From: Dipteris shenzhenensis
Taxonomy: Eukaryota
DNA: 64,000 nt
Reading direction: 5' to 3' (one strand)
NCBI GenBank assembly: GCA_047967505.1
Contig: CM106538.1
Of the stretch, positions 11,873-24,748 are shown one piece after another; position 1 is the stretch's first letter, and each line of letters opens with the position of its first letter. The position numbers and the translations under genes are program-made. Below the pieces are notes generated by a model. The model had not been told where the DNA came from, searched no databases, and was given only the letters and a program-made list of their open reading frames with translations.

Positions 11873-14800
11873 TGTAAAGAAAGAGGGAGAGAGATAGGAG
11901 ACTCAAGTTCAGCTTTCTTCACAACACACAAAAGAGAGAGGACACAAGGTTGGAGGGTGAAGCCTTTCTTCACTTTTGCACACAACAACAATACAATAGA
12001 AGAGGGAAATACCCTATATGTCAAAACCTAGAATACGTGGTTCATATGTGAACCCAAACCAAAAACATACGTGGTAGTCTAACTACACCACGAGTACAAC
12101 TAACATAGGCGGTGACATAAATGATAGTCATCCAGGAGATATATCGGGGGTAGAGCTTGATATCTCAACACTCCCCCTCAAGCTCAAATCCATCTCACGT
12201 ACACCAAGCAAGCTCCTAAATCTGCGAAGCTTCTCGGTACCCAATGCCTTCGTAAAAATATCAGCCACCTACTCCTCAGTGCTGACATAGACAAGATCAA
12301 TCTCACCAGCTAGAACCTTCTCTCTCACAAAGTGATAATGCACCTCAATGTGCTTCGTTCTAGCATGATAAACTGGGTTATTAGCAAGCATGATGCTGCT
12401 AATGTTGTCACAATGAATGACAACTGCTGCATGAACTGACTGTCCCATATCTCCAAGTAGCTTCTGTAACCAAGCTACCTCACATGCAGCCATTGCTGCA
12501 CCCCTGTACTCAGCCTCTGTGCTCGACAAGGCAACTGTTGGCTGCTTCTTGCTGCTCCAACTGATGGCACCACTCCCAAGGGAAAACATAAAACCACTAG
12601 TAGATCTCCTGTCTGAGACACTACCAGCCCAGTCAGCATCTGTGTATCCATGTACCTGTAATGCACACCCAGCTTCATAAAACAGTCCATAATGCAATGT
12701 GGACTTCACATACCGCAGTATGCGCCTAGCCGCATCCAAATGTGGCTTCCTTGGTGCCTGCATAAACTGACTCACCAGCCCCACAGCATAGCTCAAATCT
12801 GGTCTGGTTATAGTCATGTAAATCAAGCTACCTACTATGCGCCTGTACATAGTAATATCTTCAAGAAGCTCACCTGACTCTGCATTGAGCTTCACATTCT
12901 GCTCCAATGGAACAGAGATAGGCTTACAGCCTGTCATCCCATATTTGGACAACATGTCCAAACCGTATTGCCTTTGCAACAGCCATATCCCACTCGGGGA
13001 TCTAATAACCTCAATGCCCAAGAAGTAACGCAGCTCTCCCAAATCCTTCATCTCAAATTTCTGCTTCAACAGCAGCTTCACTTCATTAATGTCTGCATCA
13101 CTATCACCTGTAATAATCAAGTCATCAACATAGATGACTATAAGCACAATCCCTCTGTTTGTCCTTTTCACATAAAGTGAAAAATCTGAATTGGAAATCT
13201 GAAATCCAATAGTGACAAGATATTGCCCTATCTTGTCTGACCATGCCCTCGGCGCCTGTTTTAAGCCATACAAGGCTTTGCGCAACCTGCATACAAAATC
13301 GGGGTGTGAGTTATCCTCATAACCTTCTGGCTGCATCATATAAACCTCTTCCTGCAAATCACCATGCAAGAAGGCATTTTTCACATCCATCTGATGCAAA
13401 GACCATCCCTTTGCAGCAGCCATAGCAATTACTGCTCTCACGGTTGCCATCCTTGCAACTGGGCTGAAAGTTTCCTCATAGTCAATTCCATATGTCTGTG
13501 CAAAACCTTTGGCAACCAATCTTGCCTTGTACCTGCTAACAAACCCATCAGCATTGTGCTTTACTTTGTAAACCCACTTGCAGCCAATAGCCTTCTTATC
13601 ATGAGGCAAAGGCATCAAATCCCAAGTGTGGTTTGCATCCAAGGCAGCCATCTCTTCATCCATAGCTGCTTCCCAATTTTTATGCCCTGCTGCATCCTCA
13701 AAACATGTGGGCTCTGGCTCCTCTAGAACCTTGACCATATAAGCATAGTGATGTGCTGTATACCCATCATATCTCAGCCTGTCAACTGGATACTTAATAC
13801 GAGTGGACCTCCGTACAACTGGATCAGTTGCAGGCGTCTTTAAATCATGCCTGCTTTTCCTTGCACCAGGTGTAACAACAGAAGGAATCCCAAGTTCCTC
13901 ATCAAGGCTCATTTCAGAGCCGCTTGACTCTCCATCAACATGAGAGCTACCAGCAGGCACATCAAATACTGGAGCATGGTCCACTTTTTCTTTTCCCTTA
14001 TGTGATACCTGCACAACACTATCAGGACTGCCATGTGACGATTCACTAGATCTCAATCTCCCTGTCCATGCATTAGATCCACTAGTAGAGGACTCTCTGG
14101 GTCCACTCAAGGCTTGAGATTGCTGCTCTGCATTTATTGCAGCATTCCCATTTCCTGCATCTGCATCTCCTACCATAACAGTTGGTGCATACCAGCTGCT
14201 CATTTCATCAAAAACAACATCTCTGCTCACTTGCATTTTGCGGGTGGAAGGGTTATAACAGCGATACCCTTTCTGGTGCTGAGCATATCCAATAAAGATG
14301 CATTTTTCTGCCTTTGGATCCAGCTTTGTTCTCTTCTCATCAGGAACATGAACATAAGCTATGCAACCAAATACCTTCAAGTGAGAAATATCTGGTTTTT
14401 GGCCTGTATACATTTCTTCAGGCATCATGCCATGGACAGCTGCAGTGGGGGTTCTGTTCATAATATAAACAGCAGTTGCTACTGCTTCAGCCCAAAAATA
14501 ATCAGGCATGTTTTTCTCATTTAGGATCGCCCGTCCTACTTCTGCAATATGCCTGTTCTTCCTTTCTGCAACCCCATTCTGCTGAGGGGTAGACCTGCAT
14601 GAGTACTTCCTTTGAATTCCCTGTTCTTTCAGATATTCACAAAATTCTTCTGAAAAGTACTCTCCCCCTCCATCAGATCTTAGCACTTTAATATGCACAC
14701 CTTTCTCTTTTTCAACCATGGCCTTAAAAGCCTTGAAATGGCTGAACACTTCACTTTTGTGCTTCATAAAATAAATCCACACCTTCCTTGTGTAGTCATC

Positions 14801-15850
14801 AATAAACGTCACATAATAATGGCATCCACCAATAGAAGCAGCTTTGGTTGTCCAAACATCTGAATGGATCACTTCCAAAGGTCTTCTGCTCACCTTAGCA
14901 TTTTTAGGAAATGCATGTCTGGCCTGCTTACCCATTTGGCATGCTTCACATACCTTTTGCATTCCCTCAACTCTGAATTTAGGCAAACCTGCAACAATGT
15001 TTTTCGTTTGCATAGATTTCAGCCTTTGTATATTCACGTGCCCAATGCGCTTGTGCCATATCTCAATATCTGCAATGACACCTCTCCCATGCGCAAACAT
15101 AGCAGCTTTCACCTCAGGCATATCAACATCCAAGGTGAACATTCTACCATTTTTGTTGCCTTTTGCAACCAAGCGGCACTTATTTTTCATGTCCTCAACA
15201 AAGCATCCATCAGGATTAAATCTAACCTGCAGACCTTGCTCAACCATCTGGCCAACTGAAACCAGGTTCTTAGTGATTTTTGGAACATGAAGTACATCTG
15301 CCAAGTACTTCGTTTTGCCATCCTGCATAGCCAATGGCACTTTACCAACCTGCGTAATTGGGTGCACAGTATCATCACCTGTTTCAACATAACCTGGCTT
15401 ATCCAAATTTCTAACATGATGAAACCACTCACCATGACTGGTCATGTGGTTAGAGGCACCTGAATCAACATACCAAACATCATTGCAAGCTGCAGCATCT
15501 CCTGACATGGAGTTAACCATATGCTGCATCACAAAAAGGTGCTCATTTCTGTCATCACCATGCCCACTTGATGATGCATAGTTGCTTTGCTGCAACTTCC
15601 CACTTTTGATGTCATTCTGCTTTTTATAGCATGTATTCTCCTTGTGTCCAGGCTTTCCACAATAATAGCATTCTGTGCTGCTATTTACTTGCTGGTTCCT
15701 TTGCCATGAACCACGGCCTCTTTGGCTCCCCCTACCTCTAGAACTACCACGTCCTCTTCCATAGGACTGGTTTTCCTGTTGTTGCTGTTGGTTCTGATTT
15801 CCTGCACAGCCACCAAAACGGCCTCTTCCTCTACCTCTGCCTCTACCTGC
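11873..15850 (-). mobile_element. 5'-truncated Ty1/copia element nested in the host 3' LTR
   Basis: 3' LTR 11873-12170 (TG..CA), PPT at 12171-12178, pol ORF. 5' LTR, PBS and most of gag are missing. Confidence 0.93.
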
Positions 15851-15871
15851 ATGTTTCCACATAGGTTCCAT
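12269..15871 (-). CDS. Copia polyprotein: CCHC knuckle, protease, integrase, RT, RNase H (premature stop before ADIFTK)
   Basis: CYYCGKPGHKENTC, WYVDSGASNHM, WHKRIGH, IHSDVW, RSDGGGEY, QMDVKNAFLHG, YVDDL, YTDADWAG. TAG replaces the expected Q in STEE*VADIFTK. The N-terminal Met codons come from antisense host LTR. Confidence 0.9.
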   Translation of the reverse strand: MEPMWKHAGRGRGRGRGRFGGCAGNQNQQQQQENQSYGRGRGSSRGRGSQRGRGSWQRNQQVNSSTECYYCGKPGHKENTCYKKQNDIKSGKLQQSNYASSSGHGDDRNEHLFVMQHMVNSMSGDAAACNDVWYVDSGASNHMTSHGEWFHHVRNLDKPGYVETGDDTVHPITQVGKVPLAMQDGKTKYLADVLHVPKITKNLVSVGQMVEQGLQVRFNPDGCFVEDMKNKCRLVAKGNKNGRMFTLDVDMPEVKAAMFAHGRGVIADIEIWHKRIGHVNIQRLKSMQTKNIVAGLPKFRVEGMQKVCEACQMGKQARHAFPKNAKVSRRPLEVIHSDVWTTKAASIGGCHYYVTFIDDYTRKVWIYFMKHKSEVFSHFKAFKAMVEKEKGVHIKVLRSDGGGEYFSEEFCEYLKEQGIQRKYSCRSTPQQNGVAERKNRHIAEVGRAILNEKNMPDYFWAEAVATAVYIMNRTPTAAVHGMMPEEMYTGQKPDISHLKVFGCIAYVHVPDEKRTKLDPKAEKCIFIGYAQHQKGYRCYNPSTRKMQVSRDVVFDEMSSWYAPTVMVGDADAGNGNAAINAEQQSQALSGPRESSTSGSNAWTGRLRSSESSHGSPDSVVQVSHKGKEKVDHAPVFDVPAGSSHVDGESSGSEMSLDEELGIPSVVTPGARKSRHDLKTPATDPVVRRSTRIKYPVDRLRYDGYTAHHYAYMVKVLEEPEPTCFEDAAGHKNWEAAMDEEMAALDANHTWDLMPLPHDKKAIGCKWVYKVKHNADGFVSRYKARLVAKGFAQTYGIDYEETFSPVARMATVRAVIAMAAAKGWSLHQMDVKNAFLHGDLQEEVYMMQPEGYEDNSHPDFVCRLRKALYGLKQAPRAWSDKIGQYLVTIGFQISNSDFSLYVKRTNRGIVLIVIYVDDLIITGDSDADINEVKLLLKQKFEMKDLGELRYFLGIEVIRSPSGIWLLQRQYGLDMLSKYGMTGCKPISVPLEQNVKLNAESGELLEDITMYRRIVGSLIYMTITRPDLSYAVGLVSQFMQAPRKPHLDAARRILRYVKSTLHYGLFYEAGCALQVHGYTDADWAGSVSDRRSTSGFMFSLGSGAISWSSKKQPTVALSSTEAEYRGAAMAACEVAWLQKLLGDMGQSVHAAVVIHCDNISSIMLANNPVYHARTKHIEVHYHFVREKVLAGEIDLVYVSTEE

Positions 15872-15917
15872 CCACCTTAGAGAGATCCTTAGATCCTGAG
15901 GCACACATGTTTTCTCA

Positions 15918-18900
15918 CGCTCCTCAACATAGGTTGGATTCACATGTGTAAAGTATCATGTCCATCAAGTATGAGCGCATTCTTATGACACACCTCAAAT
16001 AGTTTCTTTTGGCAGTTGTGTATATTACTTAGTGAAAAACGGGGTTTGTGGCAACATTGACCATCTAAAGAATATATAAAATGGGCATGATAATTTTTAC
16101 ATGCATCAAAATATGCAAGCTTGATGCCTACACATAGTATCATGTCCATCGGGTATGTGCGCACTCGAATAGCACACCTCAGATCCTATTTTTTGGCAGT
16201 CCACAATGGACACAATATTTCTCATGTGCCTCTAGTTAGATTAGATTTGATGGTTGTGCATAATATTTAGTGAAAAACGGAGTTTGTGGCATGCTTGACC
16301 ATCTAAAGCAAATATGATGGGCATGATATTTTGCATGCAACTCAATATAGATTGTATTGATGTGTATGCAAAGTATCATTCCCATCGGGTATGAGTGCAT
16401 TCGAATGACACACCTCAGATACATTTTATGGGGTTGTGCGTAACACTTGGTGAAAAATGGGATTTTTGGACTTCGACCATCTAGAGCATATATGATGGGC
16501 ACGATACTTTGCACACAGATCAACATAGGTTGTATTGACACACATGCAAAGTATCATGCCCATCAAGTGTGTGCACATTTGAATAACACACCTAGAGCAG
16601 GTTTTTTGACGGTTGTGCATGACACTTAGTGAAAAATGCACTTTGTGGCTAGTTTGACTATCCGATGACGATACTTGGAATAGGACTCAAAAAAGGTTAA
16701 AGTTACATGAGTGCAAGATAGTGTGCCCATCCGGTATGTGCGCATTTAAATAACACACCTCAAATACTATTTTTTGACAGTTGTGCATAATACTTGATGA
16801 AAAAGTGGATTTGTACTAACTTTGATCATCCAAAGCATATCCGATGGGCACAATACTTTGCACTCACCTCAAAATAGGTTGTATTGACATGTGTGAAAAG
16901 TATCGTGCCCATCAAGTATGAGTGCATTTGAATAACACACCTCAGATACTATTCTTTGGCAGAGTTGTGCATAACACTTGGTGAAAAAAGGAGTTTGTGA
17001 TGCATTTTACCATACAAAGCATATCTGATGGACACGATATTTTTCATGCATCTCTAATTAGGTTATACTAACACGTGTGCAAAGCATCGTTCCCATCGTG
17101 TATGAGAGCATTTGAATAATACACCTTAGATACTATTTTTTGGTGCTTGTGCATAACACTTGGTGAAAAATGGAGTTTGTGGCACGTTTGACCATCAAAA
17201 GCATATCCGATGAGAACAATATTTTGTACGCACCTCAACATATATTATATTGATGTGTATGCAAATTATAGCACCCATCGGATATGAGGACATTCGAATG
17301 ACACACCTCAGATACTGTTTTTTCAATGTTGTGCATAACACGGTGAAAAACGAGATTTGTGGCAACTTTGACCATCCAGATCATATCTGATGTGAACAAT
17401 ACTTTTCATACAGATCAAAATAGGTTGTATTGATGCACATGAAAAGTATCGTGTCCATCGAGTATGTGCGCATTTGAATAACACACGTCAAAGCATAAGT
17501 TTTTTACGGTTGTGCATAGTTCACTTGGTGAAAATTGAGGTTTTGTGGTGAGTTTAACCATCCATGGGCACGATATGTTGCAAAATCCTCAACATCTATT
17601 ATATTGACTTGTATCAATAGTATCATGCTGATTGGATATGTGCATGTTCGAATAACACACCTCAAATACTATTTTTTGGCAGTTGTGCATAATACTTGAT
17701 GGAAAACGGGATTTGTGGCGACTTTGACTATACGATGTGCACGATAATTTGCACACAGATCAAAATAGGTTGTATTGACAAACTTGAAAAGTATCATGCC
17801 CATCAAGTATCTACGCATTCGAATAACACACCTCAAAGCGTGTTTTTTGACGGTTGTGCATGACACTTAGTGAAAAAATGGAGTTTGTGGCGCATTTGAC
17901 CATCCAAAGCATATTCCATGGGCACGATACTTTGCAAAGACCTCAAAATAGGTTGGATTGATAGGAATTCAAAGTATCACATCCATCCACTATGTGTGTG
18001 TTCGAATAACACACCTTAAACTCTATTTTTTTGTGGTTGTGCATAACACTAAGTGAAAAATGGAGTTTGTGGCACGTTTGACCATCGAAAGCATATCCGC
18101 CAGAGCATATTTGATGCACACAATACTTTGCATACAGATTAGAATTGGATGTATTGATGCACGTGGAAAGTATCGTTCCCATCGAGTATGTGCGCATTTC
18201 AATAACACACCTCAGAGCGTGTGTTTTTGGCGGTTGTGCATAACACTTGGTGAAAAACGAGATTTGTGGCGAGTTTGACCATCCAAAGCATATCTAATGG
18301 GTACGATACGTTGCACAATCATCAACATCTATTATATTGACTTGTATCAATAGTTTTGTGCTAATTGGATATGTGCATGTTCGAATAACACACCTCAAAT
18401 ACTACTTTTTGGCGGTTGTGCATAATACTTGATGGAAAATGGGATTTGTGATGACTTTGACTATCCATATCATATATGATGTGCTGGATAATTTGCACAC
18501 AGCTCAAAATATTTTGTATTGACAAACTTGCAAAGTATCATGCCCATCGGGTATGTGCGCATTCGAATAACACACCTCAAAGTGTGTTTTTTGACGGTTG
18601 TGCATGAAAAATGGAGTTTGTGGCGCATTTGACCATATAAAGCATATTCAATGGGCAAAATACTTTGCAAATACCTCAAAATATGTTGGATTGACACTAA
18701 TGCAAAGTATCATGTCCATCCAGTATGTGTGCATTCAAATAACACACCTCAAACTCAATTTTTTTACGATTGTGCATAACACTTCATGAAAAAGGTTCTT
18801 TGTGATGACTTTCACCATCCAAAGCATATCTAATGGACATGATGCTTTGCACAAAACTCAAAATAGTTTGTATTGATGCACTTGCAAAGTATCATGCCCA

Positions 18901-18979
18901 TCGGGTATGTGTGCATTTGAATAACACACCGGCGGTTGTGCATAACACTTGGTGAAGAACGGGGTTTGTGGTGCGTTTG
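15918..18979 (+). repeat. ~182-bp satellite array (~17 monomers)
   Basis: The GAAT(A/G)ACACACCTC anchor recurs near 16166, 16404, 16581, 16749, 16930, 17114, 17296, 17476, 17650, 17821, 18004, 18201, 18383, 18565, 18737 and 18919; modal spacing 180-184. Confidence 0.95.
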
Positions 18980-21900
18980 TGAGAGTGCTCTCAATGGAAG
19001 CAAGAACGAAAGAAGGAGAGAGAGAGACAGAGAGCCACACAGTTTTGGTGGGTGCGGAACCACCCTAATCTTCTTTTTCATTCATTTATATATGTGTTTG
19101 AGTATTGTACATAACCGAGGTAAAGGCACAGTGACCTTTAACCCCCACAACCTCCCACTTAAAGGACAATGTGCCTTTAAGGGAGAACAACCAGTGAGCA
19201 TACTATCCAATGCCCATCAATACATGACAATACTCAAACTGCTGACTAGGTAGACTCTTCATCAGCATATCTGCAGGGTTATCATCTGTATGAACCTTGA
19301 CAAGCTCTATGTGCTTGTCCTCAAGTACCTCCCTGATGAAATGGTACCTGACCTCAATGTGTTTGGTCTTTGCATGAAAGACCGGATTTCGTGCTAGCTG
19401 AATAGCACTCATGGAATCACTATGCAATGTCGGTACACTTGTATGAATCCCCAAATCTCCCACTAGCCGATCAAGCCATATAGCCTCCTTGCAACCCTCT
19501 GTGGCTGCAACATACTTAGCCTCTGTGGTAGGCAAAGCAATGCACTTCTGTGCGTGAGACATCCACGACACTGCACCACCTGCAAAAGTGAACACATAAC
19601 CAAAAGTGGATCTCCTACTATCCACATGCCCTGCATAGTCTGAATCTGTGTACCCAAGTACACGCATGTCTCCTTTACCAAAGCAGATGCACATCTCCTT
19701 GGTACCCTTCATGTACCTCATGATGCACTTAACTGCCTCCCAATGCCTCTTTCGTGGATTAGCCATATACCGGCTAACAACTCCCACTGCAAATGCAATG
19801 TCTGGTTTAGTAGCTATCATAGCATACATAAGACTCCCAACCACTGATGCATAAGGAACCTTGGCCATCATGGCCCTTTCCTCATCTGATTTGGGACTAT
19901 TTGTATGACTCAATTTCACATATGGAGGCAATGGAGTACTCACTGCCTTCCCCCCCTCCATATTGAAATGCTGTAATACTTTTGTAACATACTCTTTTTG
20001 TGAAAGCCAAAGGAGTTTCCTACTCCGATCACGCGTGATGTGCATACCAAGAATATGACCTGCAAGTCCCAAATCCTTCATATCAAAGGCCTCATGCAAC
20101 TTGGCCTTTAATGCATCTAGCTCATAAGTATTCTTACTAGCCAATAGCATATCATCCACATATAGTGCCAAGATTATCAGGCTATTATCCTTAGCCCTTT
20201 AATTGTAGAGGCAGTGATCAATTTCACTCCTTCTAAAACCCTGGGACCAAATGAAAGCATCAAACTTCTGATACCATTCTCTAGGCGCTTGCTTAAGACC
20301 ATAGAGACTCTTCTTCAGCTTGCAAACTAAATGCTCTTTGCCCTTTTCTTCAAAGCCTTCCGGCTGCACCATGTAAATTTCCTCATGCAAATCCCCATGC
20401 AAGAAAGCTATCTTGACATCCATCTGCATAAGCTCCATATCCTCTGATGCCACTAGTCCAAGCATGCATCTAAGCATGGTCATCTTCACAACCGGAGAGA
20501 ATATCTCATCAAAGTCCACACCCTTCTCTTGCTTGAACCCTTTAGCGACCAAACGGGCCTTATACCTAGGCATATCATCACCTGTGACCTTCATTTTGTA
20601 GACCCATTTACATGGCAATGCTTTCTTTCCATGTGGCAAAGAAACCAAGTCCCAAGTCTTATTCTTCATAAGTGAACTCATCTCTAATTGCATAGCATAC
20701 TCCCACTTGCATTGATCCTCACGCATCATAGCCTCTCTGTAGCAACAAGAAGGCTCCCCGCAATCAGTAAGCATCACAAAGTCTACCCCTGGAACAAACT
20801 TATCAGGCGGTCTAGACACTCTAGAAGATCTTCTCAAGGGCATTTCAGCTTGCTGTCCCACCTACATATCAGCCACATTTGGCTCATCATTTCCACCAAT
20901 AGATGATCCATCATCTACCCTTGATTGGATACCTATGGGAGTACTTGGTGGTAGCATTTCTTACACATTTGGTGCATGGACAGCTTGCTGTCTATCAACA
21001 TATGCAGGTGGATTCACGTCCTGGAAAGTGATTTTCCTCATTTCCACATCCCTCATGGGTGCCTTATGCATCTTCTTCTCATTGAAGACCACATCATGGC
21101 TGAATATGATCTTCTTTGCTTCTGGATCCCAGAGACGATAGCCCATCTCTCCACTTTCACCATAACCTAGAAAGATGCATTTCCTAGACTTAGGATCTAG
21201 CTTCTTTCGAAGCTCTTTTGGCACATGTGCATATGCCTCACACCCAAATATATGCAAATGAGATTAAGAGGGCTTCTTGCCACTCCATGCCTCTTTAGGA
21301 ATACCACCATCGAAACTCTTACTAGGTGATCTATTGATCACATGCACTGCAGTCTTCATTGCCTCAGCCCAAAAACCACCAGAAAGACTTGCATTGGAAA
21401 GCATGCATTACAACCTTTCTTGAATGGTACAGTTCATCTTTTCTGCAACTGGATTTTGCTCTGGAGTACGAGGGGATGTGAGCTCCCTCTTAATCCCACG
21501 CGTATCACAGAAATGCTGAAAGTCATGAGAGAGATACTCTCCACCATTGTTAGTCCGTAGGCATTTAAGCGTTCTACTTGACTGATTCTCAACCAAGGCT
21601 AGCCATTTCTGAAATACTTGGAACACATCACTCTTCCGAGCTATAGCATAAGCCCACACTTTCCTAGTTGCATCATCAATGAATGTCACATAGTATTCAG
21701 CCCTGCTTAATGACCGTGTAGGCATGGGACCACATACGTCTGAATGCACCAAATCAAGCTTTTCAAACTCTTTCTTTCCCCTTCTTTTATGGGCTGATTT
21801 AGTCTGCTTCCCATAGAGACAGTGCTCACAAAATTCAAAATCAGAGAAACTCAAATGCGGTACAGAACCCAAACGGCATAAGAGTTTCATTCCATTCTGA

Positions 21901-24206
21901 CTCATGTGCCCCAACCGGCAATGCCACAAAGAAGTGCTTGGCTACTCGGTAATTGCAACAACATGATCAAATACCCCTGATACATGTAAGGGATACAAAG
22001 TCCCACACTTGGCACCCCTGGCCAAAAGCATAGAGCCAAAAGCTACCCATAACATCATCAAATTTCAGTACTCCACCAGGTGCAGAGTTACTGACAGCTG
22101 TACGAAAGGTATCCCATGAGGATGGCAATGAACATAAGAGAAATATTGCCTTAATCTCCACATCAAAATTCATCTTCTGAGCCTGAAGCTGGCTGAAAAT
22201 AATATTGAATTCATTCAAGTGAGAAGCAATGGAGACCCCTTCCTTCATGTACAGCTCAAACAACCTCTTCATGAGGTAAACTTTATTAGAGGCAGTTTCC
22301 TTCTCATAAGTGGCACATAGTTTCTTCCACAAATCTTCCATAGTCTACTCATTTACTACTGTGAAATAAATTGACTCTGCAAGATGAAGTCTAATAGTAG
22401 ACTTTGCTAATGCATCCAACTCATTCCAATCATCCTCAAACATATTTGCAGGCTTAGCTTCAATCCCTACCGAGGGTTTAATCTACTTCTTTTGAATAAG
22501 CACATCCCTTATTTGTTCTTTCCACAAAGAAAAGTTTGTCCCATCAAACTTTTTAATGCTGAAAAACTCCTTTTCAGACATGGAAGAGGATGCCATGATG
22601 CAAATGAAACAAAATCCCAAATGCTAGTGCCTGCAAGAGAGAATCACACCAAATACCAGGTGCACCCAAATGTGTATGCCACAATAGAGTGAAATATCAC
22701 CAAAACTCAAAGCTCAAAGCATCAAAAGGTGCATCTGACTCATGTGCATATACTGTGCATCCATATGAGCAAATCTGGCCCAAAAGAAAATGCCAATAAG
22801 TGCCAAATGACTCAAGCATAAACACCGTCCATTGGCATATGCATCAATAATATCTCATCCAAGAGAGCATAGCACTATCAGTGCATCACCTGCAATGTGT
22901 CAAAGCTGTCCCTCAGCATAAAATAGCATCCATGTGCAAAGCGTCCATAAAAAATAGCATCTCACAAGGCAATTTGGGCCCATCAGTGCATCCAATAAGG
23001 ACCGTAATGCATCCAAATGGCCTATAAATCATCCACTGCAACCCAATGCATACCACGAATGAGCGCACACTACTCAAACTGCGACCAGAGTGATCTGCAT
23101 AAGGTATGCTCAAGAAATCATAGTCACTCGGTAATGACCGCTACTGAAAATAGAACCTGAGATGCCTCAAAACATGGGCGCCATTGCATAATCGGACTCA
23201 GCAAGAAAATCTACAAATATCTCTCTTCTGCCAGAACTCCAAAATCCCAACCGATGAGTGAGAAATGGGAGTCAACACTTATCCACTGCCATGTGGCATA
23301 AATCTGTGGTTTCAAAACATTAGAATGAAAAATGCATAACAGAGAGACGAAATCGAATACACAGAGATCTATAACTCTGAAAATCCTCCATCGAATTGTG
23401 CAAGAACTGACAAGTAGGGGTTTTTGGGCGTCCGGAACGCAATGGGATAGACAGTTTTGGAAACCGTGGTCTCAATCACGGGGTCCAACACACGGACTGA
23501 AAAACGTTTTTGGAAACAGAGCTATTTGTAAACTCCACCGGAGTGCGAATGATGAGCAACATAGAAGTTTTAGGACCTTTTGAGTCCACCGGAACTGACA
23601 GATCTACAAATGGTTGCTCCAAACTTGAGTTCCAACACCCGGGCAAAAAACGCAGAAACTGACACAGTGAGTCAGAAATCCAATGAAATGATCCCAGATT
23701 CAAGAATGAAGGTGTTTCCAAGCTCCTGAAGTGAAGTGGACACCAAAAGAAAGCAATAGTTACCTCTACAAGTCAATATGGAGTCTCTGTCATCGAACAG
23801 AACAGGAAAAAGCTCAAAAAACGACTTTTTTTTTTGGAAAACTCTTAACAGGCTCTCAAAACCACTTCGCAAAACCAAAGTGACTTTTCCAAAGGTTCCT
23901 CCAAGGTCTCTGCACACTTGGATGCAAGTAAAGTCGCCCACAAAGCTTCCCACAGAGCTTCTCCTTCCTTCCACAGAGCTGCTAAGCTTCAAGCATTCAT
24001 GCACGCTCAGCTAGATCACCCGGGCTCTGATACCAGTTGAGAGTGCTCTCAACGGAAGCAAGAATGGAAGAAGGAGAGAGAGAGATAGAGAGCCACATAG
24101 TTTTGGTGGGTGTAGAACCACCCTAATCTTCTTTTTCATTCATTTATATATGTGTTTGAGTATTGTACATAACGGGGTAAAGGCACAGTGACCTTTAACC
24201 CCCACA
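18980..24206 (-). mobile_element. Two-LTR Ty1/copia element with an internal deletion, inserted in the satellite
   Basis: LTRs 18980-19149 and 24038-24206; perfect TSD GTTTG (18975-18979 / 24207-24211); PBS 24024-24035; PPT 19150-19160. Gag (22580-22045), integrase, RT and RNase H fragments with stops. Confidence 0.96.
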
Positions 24207-24430
24207 GTTTGACCATCCAATGGGAAAGATATTTTGCACACATATCAAAATAGGTTTGATTCACACTTGTGAAAAGCATCCTACCCTTTGTGTATGAGTG
24301 CATTTGAATAATACACCTTAGGTACTATTTCTTGGCAATTCTGCATAACACTTGGTGAAAAAAGGTGTTTTTGGCACGTTTGCCCATCGATGGGAATGAT
24401 ATTTTGTACACGCCTCAATATAAGTTGTAG
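24207..24430 (+). repeat. Right piece of the ~182-bp satellite array
   Basis: The monomer resumes in register after the TSD (GTTTG|ACCATCCAA). Confidence 0.9.
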
Positions 24431-24748
24431 GAGGCTATATGGACTGATTGGCTAGTGGGAGACTTGGGGATTCATACAGATGTATTGACATTGCATAGTG
24501 ATCCTGTGAGTGCTATTCTGCTAGCCCGAAATTCGATCTTTCACACAAAGACCAAACATATTGAGGTTAGGTACGATTTCATCTAGGAGGTACTTGAGGA
24601 CAAGAGCATAGAGCTTGTTAAGGTTCATATAGATGATAACCATGCAGAGATGCTGACGAAGAGTCTACCTTGTCTGTAGTTTGGGTATTGTCGTGTATTG
24701 ATGGGCATTGGATAGTATACTCACTGGTTGTTCTCCCTTAAAGGCACA
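24431..24748 (+). mobile_element. RNase H/3' end fragment of the 18980-24206 copia family, in inverted orientation
   Basis: Reverse-complement match to ~19180-19490, ending GGTTGTTCTCCCTTAAAGGCACA. Confidence 0.88.

Larger units (their letters stand above)
9218..15917 (+). mobile_element. Non-autonomous LTR element (387-bp LTRs, ~2.0-kb non-coding interior); its 3' LTR is split by a nested copia
   Basis: 5' LTR 9218-9604 (TG..CA); PBS TGGTATCAGAGC at 9605-9616; PPT AAGGGGAGG at 11601-11609; 3' LTR in two parts, 11610-11872 and ~15850-15917. TSD CGCTT/CGCTC. No gag/pol motifs seen internally. Confidence 0.9.

Noticed and set aside
12692-15290. Plus-strand ORFs opposite pol
   Set aside because: Antisense shadows of the copia ORF.
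15872-15943. N-terminal extension of the 1224-aa ORF
   Set aside because: GTG start in antisense satellite/LTR; not retroelement coding sequence.
15918-18979. CRISPR-like array, and small ORFs within the array
   Set aside because: The whole monomer repeats with no unique spacers; eukaryotic context; no cas genes.
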